A DNA stretch of 24,330 nucleotides from a virus, in the UHGV virus genome UHGV-0242784. One strand, written 5' to 3'. Of this stretch, positions 1 to 10,146 are shown in pieces. Made by a program: the position numbers and the translations under genes. The stretch's first letter is position 1; the number at the start of each line of letters is the position of its first letter. A model generated the notes under the pieces. It searched no databases, was not told the origin of the DNA, and saw nothing but the letters and a program-made list of their open reading frames with translations.

Positions 1-90
1 AGAACGGGCATTCCCTGCTCCTGCCAGTTCTGAATGGTACGGATACTCGCACCGAAAATGTCAGCCAGCTGCTTTTTGTTGACTTCCATT
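1..90 (-). CDS. nu1: Terminase small subunit Nu1, N-terminal 30 codons only (gene continues left of window)
   Basis: Reverse complement of 1-90 translates MEVNKKQLADIFGASIRTIQNWQEQGMPVL, which I recognise as the lambda Nu1 N-terminus; start ATG at 90-88, 188 bp from the cohesive end as in lambda. Confidence 0.85.
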
Positions 91-300
91 GTTCATTCCC
101 CGGACAAAAACAGAGAAAGGAAACGACAGAGGCCAAAAAGCTCGCTTTCAGCACCTGTCGTTTCCTTTCTTTTCAGAGGGTATTTTAAATAAAAACATTA
201 AGTTATGACGAAGAAGAACGGAAACGCCTTAAACCGGAAAATTTTCATAAATAGCGAAAACCCGCGAGGTCGCCGCCCCGTAACCTGTCGGATCACCGGA
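91..300. other. Lambda-type cos site: cosN 12-nt cohesive end at 267-278 (AGGTCGCCGCCC, reverse complement of GGGCGGCGACCT), cosB between cosN and Nu1
   Basis: Exact match to the lambda cohesive-end sequence and flanking cos sequence as I recall it (CGCGGGTTTTCGCTATTTATGAAAATTTTCCGG on the minus strand). Confidence 0.8.
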
Positions 301-477
301 AAGGACCCGTAAAGCGATAATGATTATCATCTACATATCACAACGTGCGTGGAGGCCATCAAACCACGTCAAATAATCAATTATGACGCAGGTATCGTAT
401 TAATTGATCTGCATCAACCTAACGTAAAAACAACTTCAGACAATACAAATCAGCGACACTGAATACAGGGCAACCTC

Positions 478-669
478 ATGTCAACGAAGAACAGAACCCG
501 CAGAACAACAACCCGCAACATCCGCTTTCCTAACCAAATGATTGAACAAATTAACATCGCTCTTGTTCAAAAAGGGTCTGGGAATTTCTCAGCCTGGGTC
601 ATTGAAGCCTGCCGTCGGAGACTAACGTCAGAAAAGAGAGCATCTACATCAATCAAAAGTGATGAATAA
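478..669 (+). CDS. Hypothetical small basic protein (63 aa), possible ribbon-helix-helix fold
   Basis: ORF track; pattern RNIRFPNQMIEQINIALVQKGSGNFSAWVIEACRRRL resembles Arc/CopG-type proteins; weak SD, so coding status uncertain. Confidence 0.3.
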   Translation: MSTKNRTRRTTTRNIRFPNQMIEQINIALVQKGSGNFSAWVIEACRRRLTSEKRASTSIKSDE

Positions 670-922
670 TGAATATCCCGGTTTCTTTACCTCCCCTCCC
701 ACCCCGCACAGGACTGGCGAACGTGTGGGACAAATATGTGAGTCATAAACGCCTTATCTTCAGAAATGCAGTTGGCATCCGAACAGGACGATATTGTAAC
801 TTCACCTAATTACGAGGCATTGCAGTAGTTGAATTGTAGTTCTGTATTAGCCTGACAGTGACAGAATGCGATATTGACTCTGTCACAGGTGAAATAGTTT
901 GAATGGTTAGCAGTTATGGCGA

Positions 923-1129
923 TCAGTCAACCACCAGGGAATAATCCTTCGAATTCTTATCGTGCTTCACCAACGCTGCCTCAATTGCCCTGAATGCTTC
1001 CAGAGACACTTGATGTTCTATACATGCAATTACAACATCCGGATAACTCATAGAAATGGTGCTAGTGAGCATAGTTTTTACACGGACCTGATCCAAGGAT
1101 GAGTCATCAGTGTATTGATCTTTATGCAT
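923..1129 (-). CDS. Hypothetical 68-aa protein (small ORF near the phage right end)
   Basis: ORF track; same strand as the late genes; size and position resemble a small ORF at the right end of lambda (from memory, unverified). Confidence 0.4.
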   Translation of the reverse strand: MHKDQYTDDSSLDQVRVKTMLTSTISMSYPDVVIACIEHQVSLEAFRAIEAALVKHDKNSKDYSLVVD

Positions 1130-1424
1130 TTTGTCGCTCCATGCGTTTGCTCTTCACTTGCGGCTAAAAATATAACGTCAAATCACTCAGCATGAAAGTG
1201 TGAAAGTTTCAGCGCGTTTCCCTTACATAATCTGTCGTTTGTATTCTCTCCAGGCATACCGGAAAGACTAGGTATTGTCACACAACCAATACCACCGACT
1301 ATCGAGATTTATATCTATTCGGTAATGTTTAAATATAACAAAACCCCGTAAAAACGAGGTTTATGGGTAAATTGTATTGTTGAATAGCATCTGATAAGAA
1401 ATTGATGCTAATACTATAAACACA

Positions 1425-1598
1425 CTAGATTAAATCAATCTTGATATCATAGCTTTCAAGACCAGTCATTTTTTCCCGTGCAGTAAACTGGATACTGGTA
1501 ACTTCTTTCCCGGTCTTTTTCTTAAGCTCAATAATTTTTTTTGTTATATATTCAGAAATATCTGCTTCTGTTTTTGTTTTTAACTCTTCAATGTTCAT
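1425..1598 (-). CDS. GnsA/GnsB-family small protein (57 aa)
   Basis: MNIEELK...FTAREKMTGLESYDIKI matches my recollection of GnsB; start placed at the internal Met of the 88-aa ORF. Confidence 0.65.
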   Translation of the reverse strand: MNIEELKTKTEADISEYITKKIIELKKKTGKEVTSIQFTAREKMTGLESYDIKIDLI

Positions 1599-1770
1599 CA
1601 TTTCCTCTTTTAGTCTGTTATGACTTTCCTGGTACACAGTAGTGTCAATTATATGGAGCAAACGTATAAAAGATAAGATGAAACATCGCAATAATCAACA
1701 TACGACAGTCTAAATTTCGCACAAACAGATAAAGATGATTATCCTTTATTATCAAGGCATTAGAATGAAA

Positions 1771-2001
1771 TCAATTCAAGAGTCTCATTGCTGCTTCCAG
1801 AATTTCTTCTGAAGTTACATGTCGATCCGCTGCTACATAAATGACTTTATGATCTCCGGTCAGAGATGGAAACCCTGCAGCCATTACAGTGAGATGTGTT
1901 GTTTCGCCATTTGGATATTCACGCATGATGGTGTTAACTCCGGTCATCACTGGCACTACCATTGCTGGTTCAGAGTTAAAAAAAACTATTATTTTTTTCA
2001 T
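1771..2001 (-). CDS. Hypothetical protein (76 aa from internal Met; ORF could extend to 2040)
   Basis: ORF track; lies between the gnsB-like and cspI-like genes on the late strand; start ambiguous. Confidence 0.4.
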   Translation of the reverse strand: MKKIIVFFNSEPAMVVPVMTGVNTIMREYPNGETTHLTVMAAGFPSLTGDHKVIYVAADRHVTSEEILEAAMRLLN

Positions 2002-2044
2002 GATGTTACCGTAATATGTGAGTATCCATCGACTAGACACTAAG

Positions 2045-2076
2045 CAAAAAAGCTCCCGAAGGAGCCTTCATTTTCA
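2045..2076. terminator. Rho-independent terminator hairpin (GCTCC-CGAA-GGAGC) with A-tract before and T-rich tract after; likely bidirectional
   Basis: Perfect 5-bp GC-rich stem with tetraloop at 2052-2065; on the minus strand it is followed by UUUUUU, about 200 nt downstream of the cspI-like gene. Confidence 0.6.
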
Positions 2077-2272
2077 CTTTCTTAAATCTAACGACAGACG
2101 GCTAACATTTAAGTATTGTGAAATATTATCAAATGTAATCATCATTGATTTACAAAAGATACATTTTGCCCCGAAAGGATTCCTGTCAGAAACATCAAAA
2201 GATGATGTTCTATACTGAGAACCATGGCAACACGGGCATCTAAAGTGAATATGGTTTGTAATATTTTCTACC

Positions 2273-2485
2273 TCAAAGTGCCACTACATGAACAGCCGCG
2301 GGGCCTTTAGGTCCGTTCTCAATACCAAATTCGACTTGCTGATTCTCAGTTAACGTTTTGAAATCGTTGCTCTGAATAGCTGAGAAATGGACAAACACAT
2401 CTTTGCTACCATCTTTCGGCGTGATGAAACCAAAACCTTTTTCAGGGTTAAACCATTTCACTAAACCAGTCATTTTGTTAGACAT
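2273..2485 (-). CDS. cspI: Cold-shock protein, CspI-like
   Basis: [45 protein letters not shown]...: cold-shock domain with RNP1/RNP2 motifs; AT-rich long leader upstream. Confidence 0.9.
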   Translation of the reverse strand: MSNKMTGLVKWFNPEKGFGFITPKDGSKDVFVHFSAIQSNDFKTLTENQQVEFGIENGPKGPAAVHVVAL

Positions 2486-2853
2486 CATTATTACCTTTTG
2501 AAGAAGTTAGCCCTTGGGCAGAATGGTCCGAAAAAAATATCAGAGAGAAAAACCAACAAGGAAATCTCAAGAGGTACAAATAATAAAATTATAACAATGA
2601 CTGCTTCAGATAATTTTGTAACAAACCAGAACACCATTAACGCATGATTAACCAACCATAGCAAGGATTACTTTTGTAAAGAAAAACACACGAATGAAAC
2701 AATAGCTTTATTTATTAATAAAACGTATCATTCTGTCTAATGACCTTTTATCTTACCCTTAAGATTTCAAGGATTTTGACTCATGGAAGAGTCCTTTTTA
2801 TTTAAATTTCACATTCAGCGCTAAAAATAATCCGATTTAATGTTAATCTACAT

Positions 2854-3875
<1,022 letters not shown>

Positions 3876-3980
3876 GGATATTTATCAGGATTTATCGGTT
3901 TCTGAACCCTGGATATGTTTATCTGTCCCGGCCTGTTGAATCAGGCGGGGAAAAGGTAAAGACAATCAAGAGGATTATTT

Positions 3981-4253
3981 ATGGACAATAACACCATTTC
4001 TCTACAGGAGTTGCTCGACTGCATTTCAAAGCTTCGGGATGATGTAAATGCCCTCACTGTTGCATTTTCATATTTGGCCTTATCAATTCCCAGAGAACAA
4101 ATGCAACCAACACTGGCATCGCTCCTGCTTGAATCACGCAACCCCAAATGGTCCCAGGAACAACAAAATTCTTTCAAGTGGCTGGCGGCATTACTGGAAG
4201 AAAAATATGCTGGTAAAATTACCATTTCGGTGGAGTCTTCAGAGAATCAGTAA
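3981..4253 (+). CDS. Hypothetical 90-aa protein, antisense-oriented inside the lysis cassette
   Basis: ORF with good SD (AAGAGGA 8 nt upstream) and protein-like composition; the overlapping minus-strand 94-aa ORF looks compositionally implausible. Confidence 0.4.
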   Translation: MDNNTISLQELLDCISKLRDDVNALTVAFSYLALSIPREQMQPTLASLLLESRNPKWSQEQQNSFKWLAALLEEKYAGKITISVESSENQ

Positions 4254-4563
4254 TTCTTCCTGGTAGCTTTCCTTTGTAGGTTATCCACACATTCTGCGCC
4301 TCTAAAATTACGGGGCGCTTTTCCGGCGACTGCTCATCCCCTTCACATAACCCGGCTGCAACTTCCAGGAAGACCTGTCTGATGCTCCTTCTGGCTGCTG
4401 CCTCATAAAACTCCAGCGCGGCACCTTCAACACGGTCCAGCGAGATGTCCAGGTCAAAAATTTCACCGTCAAAGCGTTTTTTGTCCCTTAATGCTACAGT
4501 TACCGCAACTTTATTCTCAAAATTGCGGATCCCTTTCACAATCAGTTCATAGTTTTGTGTCAT
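4219..4563 (-). CDS. Hypothetical protein between holin and endolysin (114 aa from internal Met)
   Basis: ORF track (121 aa); start moved to the first Met downstream of the holin stop; same strand as the lysis genes. Confidence 0.45.
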   Translation of the reverse strand: MTQNYELIVKGIRNFENKVAVTVALRDKKRFDGEIFDLDISLDRVEGAALEFYEAAARRSIRQVFLEVAAGLCEGDEQSPEKRPVILEAQNVWITYKGKLPGRITDSLKTPPKW

Positions 4564-4567
4564 TGAA

Positions 4568-4783
4568 TTACTCTCCCCGTGCAACCTTACGCTTGTCTTC
4601 TTTAATCTTGAAATAAAGGTTTGTCAGGTACGTCAGCAAGCCAAATACCAGACTACCCAGCACACCGATTGCAGCCCACTGTGACGGAGTTACTTTATCG
4701 AGTAACTGCAATGCCCAGAAACCAGCATTACCAGCCGATGTGCCATAGGCGATACCTGTTGTTAACTTATCCATTGATTTCAT
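4568..4783 (-). CDS. Class II holin / pinholin, phage-21 S-type, with dual-start motif MKSM
   Basis: [28 protein letters not shown]...[22 protein letters not shown] matches my recollection of S21; two TM segments; SD GAGGA upstream. Confidence 0.85.
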   Translation of the reverse strand: MKSMDKLTTGIAYGTSAGNAGFWALQLLDKVTPSQWAAIGVLGSLVFGLLTYLTNLYFKIKEDKRKVARGE

Positions 4784-5001
4784 ATCCTCACCCCGATGTA
4801 CACAGATGGTGCAATATGTTTGAAAAGATCGGAGTCTATGGGGTAGTTTTTATAGCAAACGTTGTTCTCAACGGCGCTAAAAAACAGACACATTAAAAAT
4901 GTGGGTAATTATTTTAAAAGAAAATCATATATTAAATAATAATACGAGATATGTTTTCATATTTAGTGTACTGTATACGGCCATTTATACAGGAAAAGCC
5001 T

Positions 5002-5172
5002 ATGTCAGAACGTAAAGACTCAAAATCACGCCGTAATTATCTCGTTAAATGTTCCTGCCCAAACTGCACCCAAGAGTCAGAACACAGTTTTTCAAGAATA
5101 CAAAAAGGTGCCCTTTTGATCTGCCCTCATTGCAACAAAGTATTCCAGACAAATCTTAAAGCTGTAGCTTGA
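5002..5172 (+). CDS. Small zinc-ribbon protein (56 aa; CPNC...CPHC)
   Basis: ORF track (73 aa) with internal Met preceded by AGGA; two CxxC pairs; followed by a terminator. Confidence 0.5.
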   Translation: MSERKDSKSRRNYLVKCSCPNCTQESEHSFSRIQKGALLICPHCNKVFQTNLKAVA

Positions 5173-5231
5173 TTGATTTTATTCGTAACAAGTATTTTTT
5201 ATATTTTAATAACATATTTAAAGCAGATAAT

Positions 5232-5256
5232 AAAAAACCCGCCTGAGCGGGTTTAA
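5232..5256. terminator. Rho-independent terminator (AACCCGC-CTGA-GCGGGTT) flanked by A- and T-tracts; bidirectional
   Basis: Perfect 7-bp stem with tetraloop at 5236-5253 read directly; flanked by AAAAAA and TTT. Confidence 0.6.
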
Positions 5257-5535
5257 TATTGTGGTACTTTTTGTGGGAGTCATCCACTTACGCACTTTGT
5301 TTTGCTATGCCAGCAGTTAGCTTCTGCTGTAAAACTATTCATGCAGCAAACCTGCACTTCACCACAATGGTTAGCATACTTTTCCTGATTAAGTTATTGC
5401 CAAATATGCTGGCCATTGTTTCATGTATTGGACCTCCTTACTATTTATTAAAGAGATCCAATATTCACCACTCTGTCTGTATCTCCACTCAGGCATCAGC
5501 CTTCTTCGTTATCGTATACAGACAAACTATGAATT

Positions 5536-5751
5536 TTAATCAGTAATTATGACATTTGCTGCTGCAGGACCTTTAGCACCACTCTCTACAGAGAAGGTAA
5601 CCTTTTGACCTTCAAATAAGGTTCGATAATTATCATTCTGAATCGCAGAAAAATGCACAAACACATCTTTACTACCATCAACAGGAGAAATAAAGCCAAA
5701 ACCTTTATCAGCGTTAAACCATTTTACTAAACCAGTCATTTTATTTGACAT
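5536..5751 (-). CDS. cspB: Cold-shock protein, CspB-like
   Basis: [53 protein letters not shown]...: cold-shock domain; AT-rich leader region upstream. Confidence 0.9.
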   Translation of the reverse strand: MSNKMTGLVKWFNADKGFGFISPVDGSKDVFVHFSAIQNDNYRTLFEGQKVTFSVESGAKGPAAANVIITD

Positions 5752-6051
5752 TCTACATTCCTTAACTTGAGCCTTTCGGCATAAATGGCTTGTATAACAG
5801 AAACGACTTCGTACTTAATTGGAGAGACTCAAAGAAGGAATAAGTGAATAACACCTGAAATGAGAACTGCTTTAGTAAACTACTTCGTATATCGTCTGTT
5901 CTTCAAACCGACGCAATCATTAACGCATAGTTGAACATATGAAGCAATGTTTATTTTAGACATCCAGCCATCTTCAACCCCATCAAAAAACTATAGCTTT
6001 CTTCAGGAACGTGTGTATAGTGCGCCAAGTTATCAGTATTAAGGAATTTTT

Positions 6052-6264
6052 TTGTCCCGTAAAATGACAGGAATTCTCAAAACCTTTGACGGCAAAAGCG
6101 GCAAAGGTCTTATAACCCCATCCGATGGTCGTATCGATGTCTAGCTTCATGTTTCAGCGCTCAATCTCCGCGATGCAGAAGAAATTACCACCGGATTACG
6201 CGTGGAATTTTGCCGGATAAATGGTCTGCGTGGACCATCAGCTGCCAATGTTTACCTTTCATGA
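6052..6264 (+). pseudogene. cspF: CspF-like cold-shock gene interrupted by an in-frame TAG at 6142-6144 (codon 27 from ATG 6064)
   Basis: Manual translation: (L)[68 protein letters not shown]; cold-shock-domain similarity continues through the stop; divergent from the cspB-like gene. Confidence 0.55.
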
Positions 6265-6550
6265 GCTATATTAAAGCTTTAACTTCAAGCCCCATCGAAT
6301 CAAACATGGAGAGTTTTCATGAATAAACCCGTCTGTCTTGATGACTGGTTGATTGGCTTTAAAAGCTTATGCTGTACTTTGACCTTAATAGCTCTGCTAA
6401 TAATGTAATAAGCAGACTCATTGTATCTATGGACATTGTACTGGAAGAAAACATTTTAAACATCAGGCAAAAAACAAAGTCACCCGATAAATAATAAGTA
6501 AACTAACATGAATCCCGTAATGAGATTCAACATCTCTATTACCCTATTTA

Positions 6551-6585
6551 AAGCACAAAAACCCGCTCATCAGCGGGTTTTCTAC
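6551..6585 (-). terminator. tR'-like terminator downstream of the late promoter (AACCCGC-TGATGA-GCGGGTT then U-tract on minus strand)
   Basis: Perfect 7-bp stem followed on the minus strand by TTTTTGTGCTTT; lies about 45 nt downstream of the PR'-like -10 element. Confidence 0.6.
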
Positions 6586-6626
6586 TTTTTCTTAACTTCG
6601 GGTATACAAAGCCCATCGTTGAAAAA

Positions 6627-6655
6627 ATTTTATCCATATTTTTTGAAAAATGCAA
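6627..6655 (-). promoter_or_regulatory. PR'-like late promoter: -35 TTGCAT, 17-nt spacer, -10 TAAAAT (minus strand)
   Basis: Hexamers read directly, immediately downstream of the Q gene stop; arrangement matches the Q-dependent late promoter plus short terminated leader of lambdoid phages. Confidence 0.55.
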
Positions 6656-6686
6656 GCATCACGTCGCCATCTTCGGCGAAAATCAC

Positions 6687-7439
6687 TTATCTCGTCACCT
6701 TTCTCAATTGTGCTTCAGCGTAAGATTCCTCCTGCCAGCACTTTGTAACCAGTTTATCAATGACATTTGCATATCCTTTATACCACTGATAATCACTCAG
6801 GTCCGGTACCAGCTTCTGGACATGATGCCGCGCCAGTGTGGTTGGTAAACGACTAAACCGTTTTCCATTGCAACGCCCACAAATCTTATAAACAGGTGTG
6901 CCATGAAGCCGGGTCCTTTTTTCATCCAGGACAATACCTTTACCCTTACACCCTCTGCACGCTGTGCTGACTTCTCCCTTACCATGGCAATGCTGACATA
7001 GTTCCTTCACCCACTCTTCTTTGATAACAGATTCCCCGCTTCTGGAGTGTTTCACCACTTCGCGCAATACATTATGAAATCCAGTACCAGCACAATGCTC
7101 ACAACGAGCCTTACTTGCCGCAGACCTGGAATAATCAGCAAAGGCAAAATTCACAAGGTAAGGAATAATCTGTAGCCGGGTTTCTTCACTCAATTTATTC
7201 AATGTCGGGTTATCCAGTGCCATCGCGTAATTGAGCAGACCTTCAATCGCAAACTGAGGATCCTGAACACCAACTTTTGCCAGGAATAAGGCAAACCCAA
7301 GCGGTGCTTTCGACTGCACCATCCCCTGCGCAGCCATCACATCCGTAATCGTTAAACCACCAGAGCCTGTCGCCGGTGCGTCATCACTCAATTTTGGAGA
7401 TTTTGGGGAGTAATATTTTGGTAAGGCTTCAAGGTTCAT
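6687..7439 (-). CDS. Late-gene antiterminator Q (phage-82/Qin QuuQ type, 250 aa)
   Basis: 250 aa with multiple CxxC zinc-binding pairs (CEHCAGTG, CQHCHGKG, CRGCKGKG, CGRCNGK); position directly upstream of the PR'-like promoter. Confidence 0.8.
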   Translation of the reverse strand: MNLEALPKYYSPKSPKLSDDAPATGSGGLTITDVMAAQGMVQSKAPLGFALFLAKVGVQDPQFAIEGLLNYAMALDNPTLNKLSEETRLQIIPYLVNFAFADYSRSAASKARCEHCAGTGFHNVLREVVKHSRSGESVIKEEWVKELCQHCHGKGEVSTACRGCKGKGIVLDEKRTRLHGTPVYKICGRCNGKRFSRLPTTLARHHVQKLVPDLSDYQWYKGYANVIDKLVTKCWQEESYAEAQLRKVTR

Positions 7440-7452
7440 GCTCGTTCTCCAC

Positions 7453-8448
7453 TTACGCCAGTACGCCTATTGCCAGCGCACGATCGATAAAACGAAATAT
7501 CAGCTCCAGCTGGGAGCCATACTTCTCTTCAAATGCCACGGTATCCGCATGCAGCTCGTCGTGATGCTTTCTGCACAAAGGCAACACAAAAAGGTCATGC
7601 GCTTTTGTACCCATTCCCCCCTGACCGTGGCCTATCAGGTGGTGGGGATCATCAGCAGGTTTTCCACAACATGCGCACGGCTGCGTCTTAACCCAGCGCG
7701 TGTACTTTTCATTAACCCAGCGGTGACGTTTTGGGCGTAACATAAAAGACTCCGGCGACTCCGGATCCACTTTCAGCGCCAGCACCTTTTTCGCCTTATC
7801 CTGGATGATGCTGGTGGCAGGAACCGAAGGCACAAGGTCACTTTCCCGGGTAACAGACGGCACAACAGGCTTCGGTAATCTCAGTGCCTTACGGGCTGCA
7901 CTTTCCGGTAAGGCATCCGCCAGATCATTACGAATCAGCCACCAGCACAGTTCCGGCATTGTCACAACATGACAGTCATCAAAACCGAGATCCCGACGCA
8001 CAACAGACAACACCCAGCGGGCACAGTTATCCGTTGCCATTGATTCCAGCCGTTCCGTGAACTGATCGCGCAGCTGGTTATCGCAGTGCCAGCACAGACG
8101 GATTGCGCCCGGAGCGTGTCGCATTGTTGTCATGTTCTCGCTGTGCCAGTCGGAATGAGGCCACTGGCAGCCTTTTTCACGAAGTAACCAGCTTTCAAGA
8201 CATTCCACGCCACCAGCACGACGGATCACTGCCTCATTGCGGAACACGGCCCGAACGGCAGGATCATCCGCCAGCGGTTGTGATGCCGCCGGAACGACAC
8301 CACTGGCGAAAGATGAATAACGTTCCGGCTCAGGCTCCAGCAGGACACGCCCCTGCATAAACAAGGGCATCAGCTCTGAACCTGGTCTGAACAATACGAT
8401 CCCCATACGCGGGGCAATTTCAGGGGTCAGTAGTGCTCTCACGGTCAC
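7453..8448 (-). CDS. DUF968/YdfU-like protein with C-terminal Cys/His cluster (possible HNH-like zinc module)
   Basis: 331 aa; C-terminal CACCGKPADDPHHLIGHGQGG...CRKHHDELH; position next to Q as in the Qin prophage (recalled). Confidence 0.65.
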   Translation of the reverse strand: MTVRALLTPEIAPRMGIVLFRPGSELMPLFMQGRVLLEPEPERYSSFASGVVPAASQPLADDPAVRAVFRNEAVIRRAGGVECLESWLLREKGCQWPHSDWHSENMTTMRHAPGAIRLCWHCDNQLRDQFTERLESMATDNCARWVLSVVRRDLGFDDCHVVTMPELCWWLIRNDLADALPESAARKALRLPKPVVPSVTRESDLVPSVPATSIIQDKAKKVLALKVDPESPESFMLRPKRHRWVNEKYTRWVKTQPCACCGKPADDPHHLIGHGQGGMGTKAHDLFVLPLCRKHHDELHADTVAFEEKYGSQLELIFRFIDRALAIGVLA

Positions 8449-8449
8449 C

Positions 8450-9277
8450 TCAATGAACGGTATCGAGCAGCTTTAACAGCTCAGGGAATCGGGATTCGAA
8501 GAAATGCGGCTGCGTCTCGCGCGGATTTGCAGGACTGGTGATGTTCTTGCCGAACATGCAGCCTTTCGCGGTCAGCGACCAGAATTTTTTGATGTTGTTA
8601 ATCGCGGTACGACTGTATCGTTCGCGTTGTTCAACGATCCCCAGCTTCGCCATCTGGTGATATGCCTGATTAGCCGTCAGGCGGATACCATACTGCTTCA
8701 GCAGTGCACTCAGCGACAGCGTAGGGCGGCTTGAACCATCTGGCGCATCAGCAGGTGCATCAATGGCATAGATCGGCATAAGTTCAGGAAGACCAGCTAC
8801 CTTTGATAATTTCTGGTATGCACCAAGTTTCGAGGAGTTTGACAGATTTAGAGTCTTCGCTGCTGATTCAAGCAGAATGACCCCGGATTTAATTTTGTCG
8901 GATGTGGTTTCTTCTGGTGATGAATTATGAAGCGCATCAAAAGTACGTATCACTTTTAAGCTGAATGCCGGGCTGATCCACATTGCATATGCATAGACCA
9001 GCTCTTTACAGACATACGTCCCACCATTGCGCCCCTGAATGGTGATGACAGGAATACTACGGGAATCTCCCGTAGTTTCTTCTTCCAATAATTCCACAAG
9101 AGCCTTCGTTTCAGGACGACGCATAAACTCGTGAACTTCCAGCGAACGGGAGGAGCGATTCTCACCAGCGGCAAGAAGAGCAGCTTTCTGAAGGTCGTTA
9201 AGACAGTAGTTAGATTCGAAGTACTGGCGCACAGAAACGCCATCAATTACAAGCAACTGATTCATTGGTTTCTCCAC
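8450..9277 (-). CDS. KilA-N domain protein (antirepressor/DNA-binding type)
   Basis: N-terminal region with ...GTYVCKELVYAYAMWISPAFSLKV... resembles the KilA-N signature; true start may be the internal Met MNQLLV. Confidence 0.65.
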   Translation of the reverse strand: MEKPMNQLLVIDGVSVRQYFESNYCLNDLQKAALLAAGENRSSRSLEVHEFMRRPETKALVELLEEETTGDSRSIPVITIQGRNGGTYVCKELVYAYAMWISPAFSLKVIRTFDALHNSSPEETTSDKIKSGVILLESAAKTLNLSNSSKLGAYQKLSKVAGLPELMPIYAIDAPADAPDGSSRPTLSLSALLKQYGIRLTANQAYHQMAKLGIVEQRERYSRTAINNIKKFWSLTAKGCMFGKNITSPANPRETQPHFFESRFPELLKLLDTVH

Positions 9278-9427
9278 AAATTTTTATCCACGAGCGGGAC
9301 TGCACTCCCTTTTCGTTGATGCAGGATGAACTTACTGCGATTTTTAATAGTTATCAAGGATACACTGTTCATAAATACAGTATCTTTAACGAGGTAATAC
9401 CCAAATTTAGGGTGTTGCTCAATTCCG

Positions 9428-9823
9428 TTACCGAGTTGCTAATTTGCAACTCGCTTTTTCGTACTTACTGATAGTGATCTCGACCTTCCCCTCCGGGATA
9501 ACCGGTCCCCACTCCACCAGCATTCTTTTCACCTGACTGTCGTCTTCCCACACCCCCGCGTGGGTCAGGGCGTCAAACAGCGCCTTGTTATAGTTGTCCA
9601 GATCGCGGATCCGGTTATCCGGAGGAAACAACACGATCTCCACTGAAGCAGGTGCCGACGTTGGTTTCGGCAGACGACGTAACTGCTCAACTATTGCTGC
9701 ACACGCCGCGCTCTGGAATTTTCGCCCCGCCGCGCTTATCAGGCTCTTACCAGCAAACGCCCCTTTGTTGGGGTGTCGCCAGTACGTGTTCACGCTGGGC
9801 GGAAAAGGCAGGATCAGCTTCAT
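9428..9823 (-). CDS. rusA: RusA-family Holliday-junction resolvase
   Basis: PFPPSVNTYW ... DLDNYNKALFDALTHAGVWEDDSQV: conserved RusA acidic catalytic motifs (DxDN) recognisable. Confidence 0.8.
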   Translation of the reverse strand: MKLILPFPPSVNTYWRHPNKGAFAGKSLISAAGRKFQSAACAAIVEQLRRLPKPTSAPASVEIVLFPPDNRIRDLDNYNKALFDALTHAGVWEDDSQVKRMLVEWGPVIPEGKVEITISKYEKASCKLATR

Positions 9824-10146
9824 ACTTTCAGGCCTCTCTCATGTAACCAATGGGCTGCACGCAGCCTGGCGTTTTCCTCACCGGCAAGCAGTGAGCGGAT
9901 AATCCCGACCGCCTCGCTGTCGTCGTCCTTCGCCACGGTATGAAGCGTGATCCCCCGGGCCACACCACGCTTTATCGTGATGACGCCTTTTTTCTCCAGT
10001 GCGCGAAGATGCTCCACCGCTGCATTCACTGAACGGTATCCCAGCATGGTTGCCACCTCCAGATTGGTTGGCGGGAAGCCACGTTCTTTCTGATAAGAAA
10101 TCAGCATATCCAGCACCTGCTGCTGGCATTGAGTTAACGTCGTCAT
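9820..10146 (-). CDS. LexA-type winged-helix DNA-binding domain protein lacking the S24 peptidase domain (108 aa)
   Basis: LTQCQQQVLDMLISYQKERGFPPTNLEVATMLGYRSVNAAVEHLRALEKKGVITIKRGVARGI parallels the LexA N-terminal domain; no Ser/Lys peptidase region follows. Confidence 0.55.
   Translation of the reverse strand: MTTLTQCQQQVLDMLISYQKERGFPPTNLEVATMLGYRSVNAAVEHLRALEKKGVITIKRGVARGITLHTVAKDDDSEAVGIIRSLLAGEENARLRAAHWLHERGLKV

Noticed and set aside
5259-5546. 95-aa plus-strand ORF downstream of the cspB-like gene
   Set aside because: Hydrophobic/Cys-rich low-complexity translation, no SD, lies in the probable cspB 3' region; likely non-coding.
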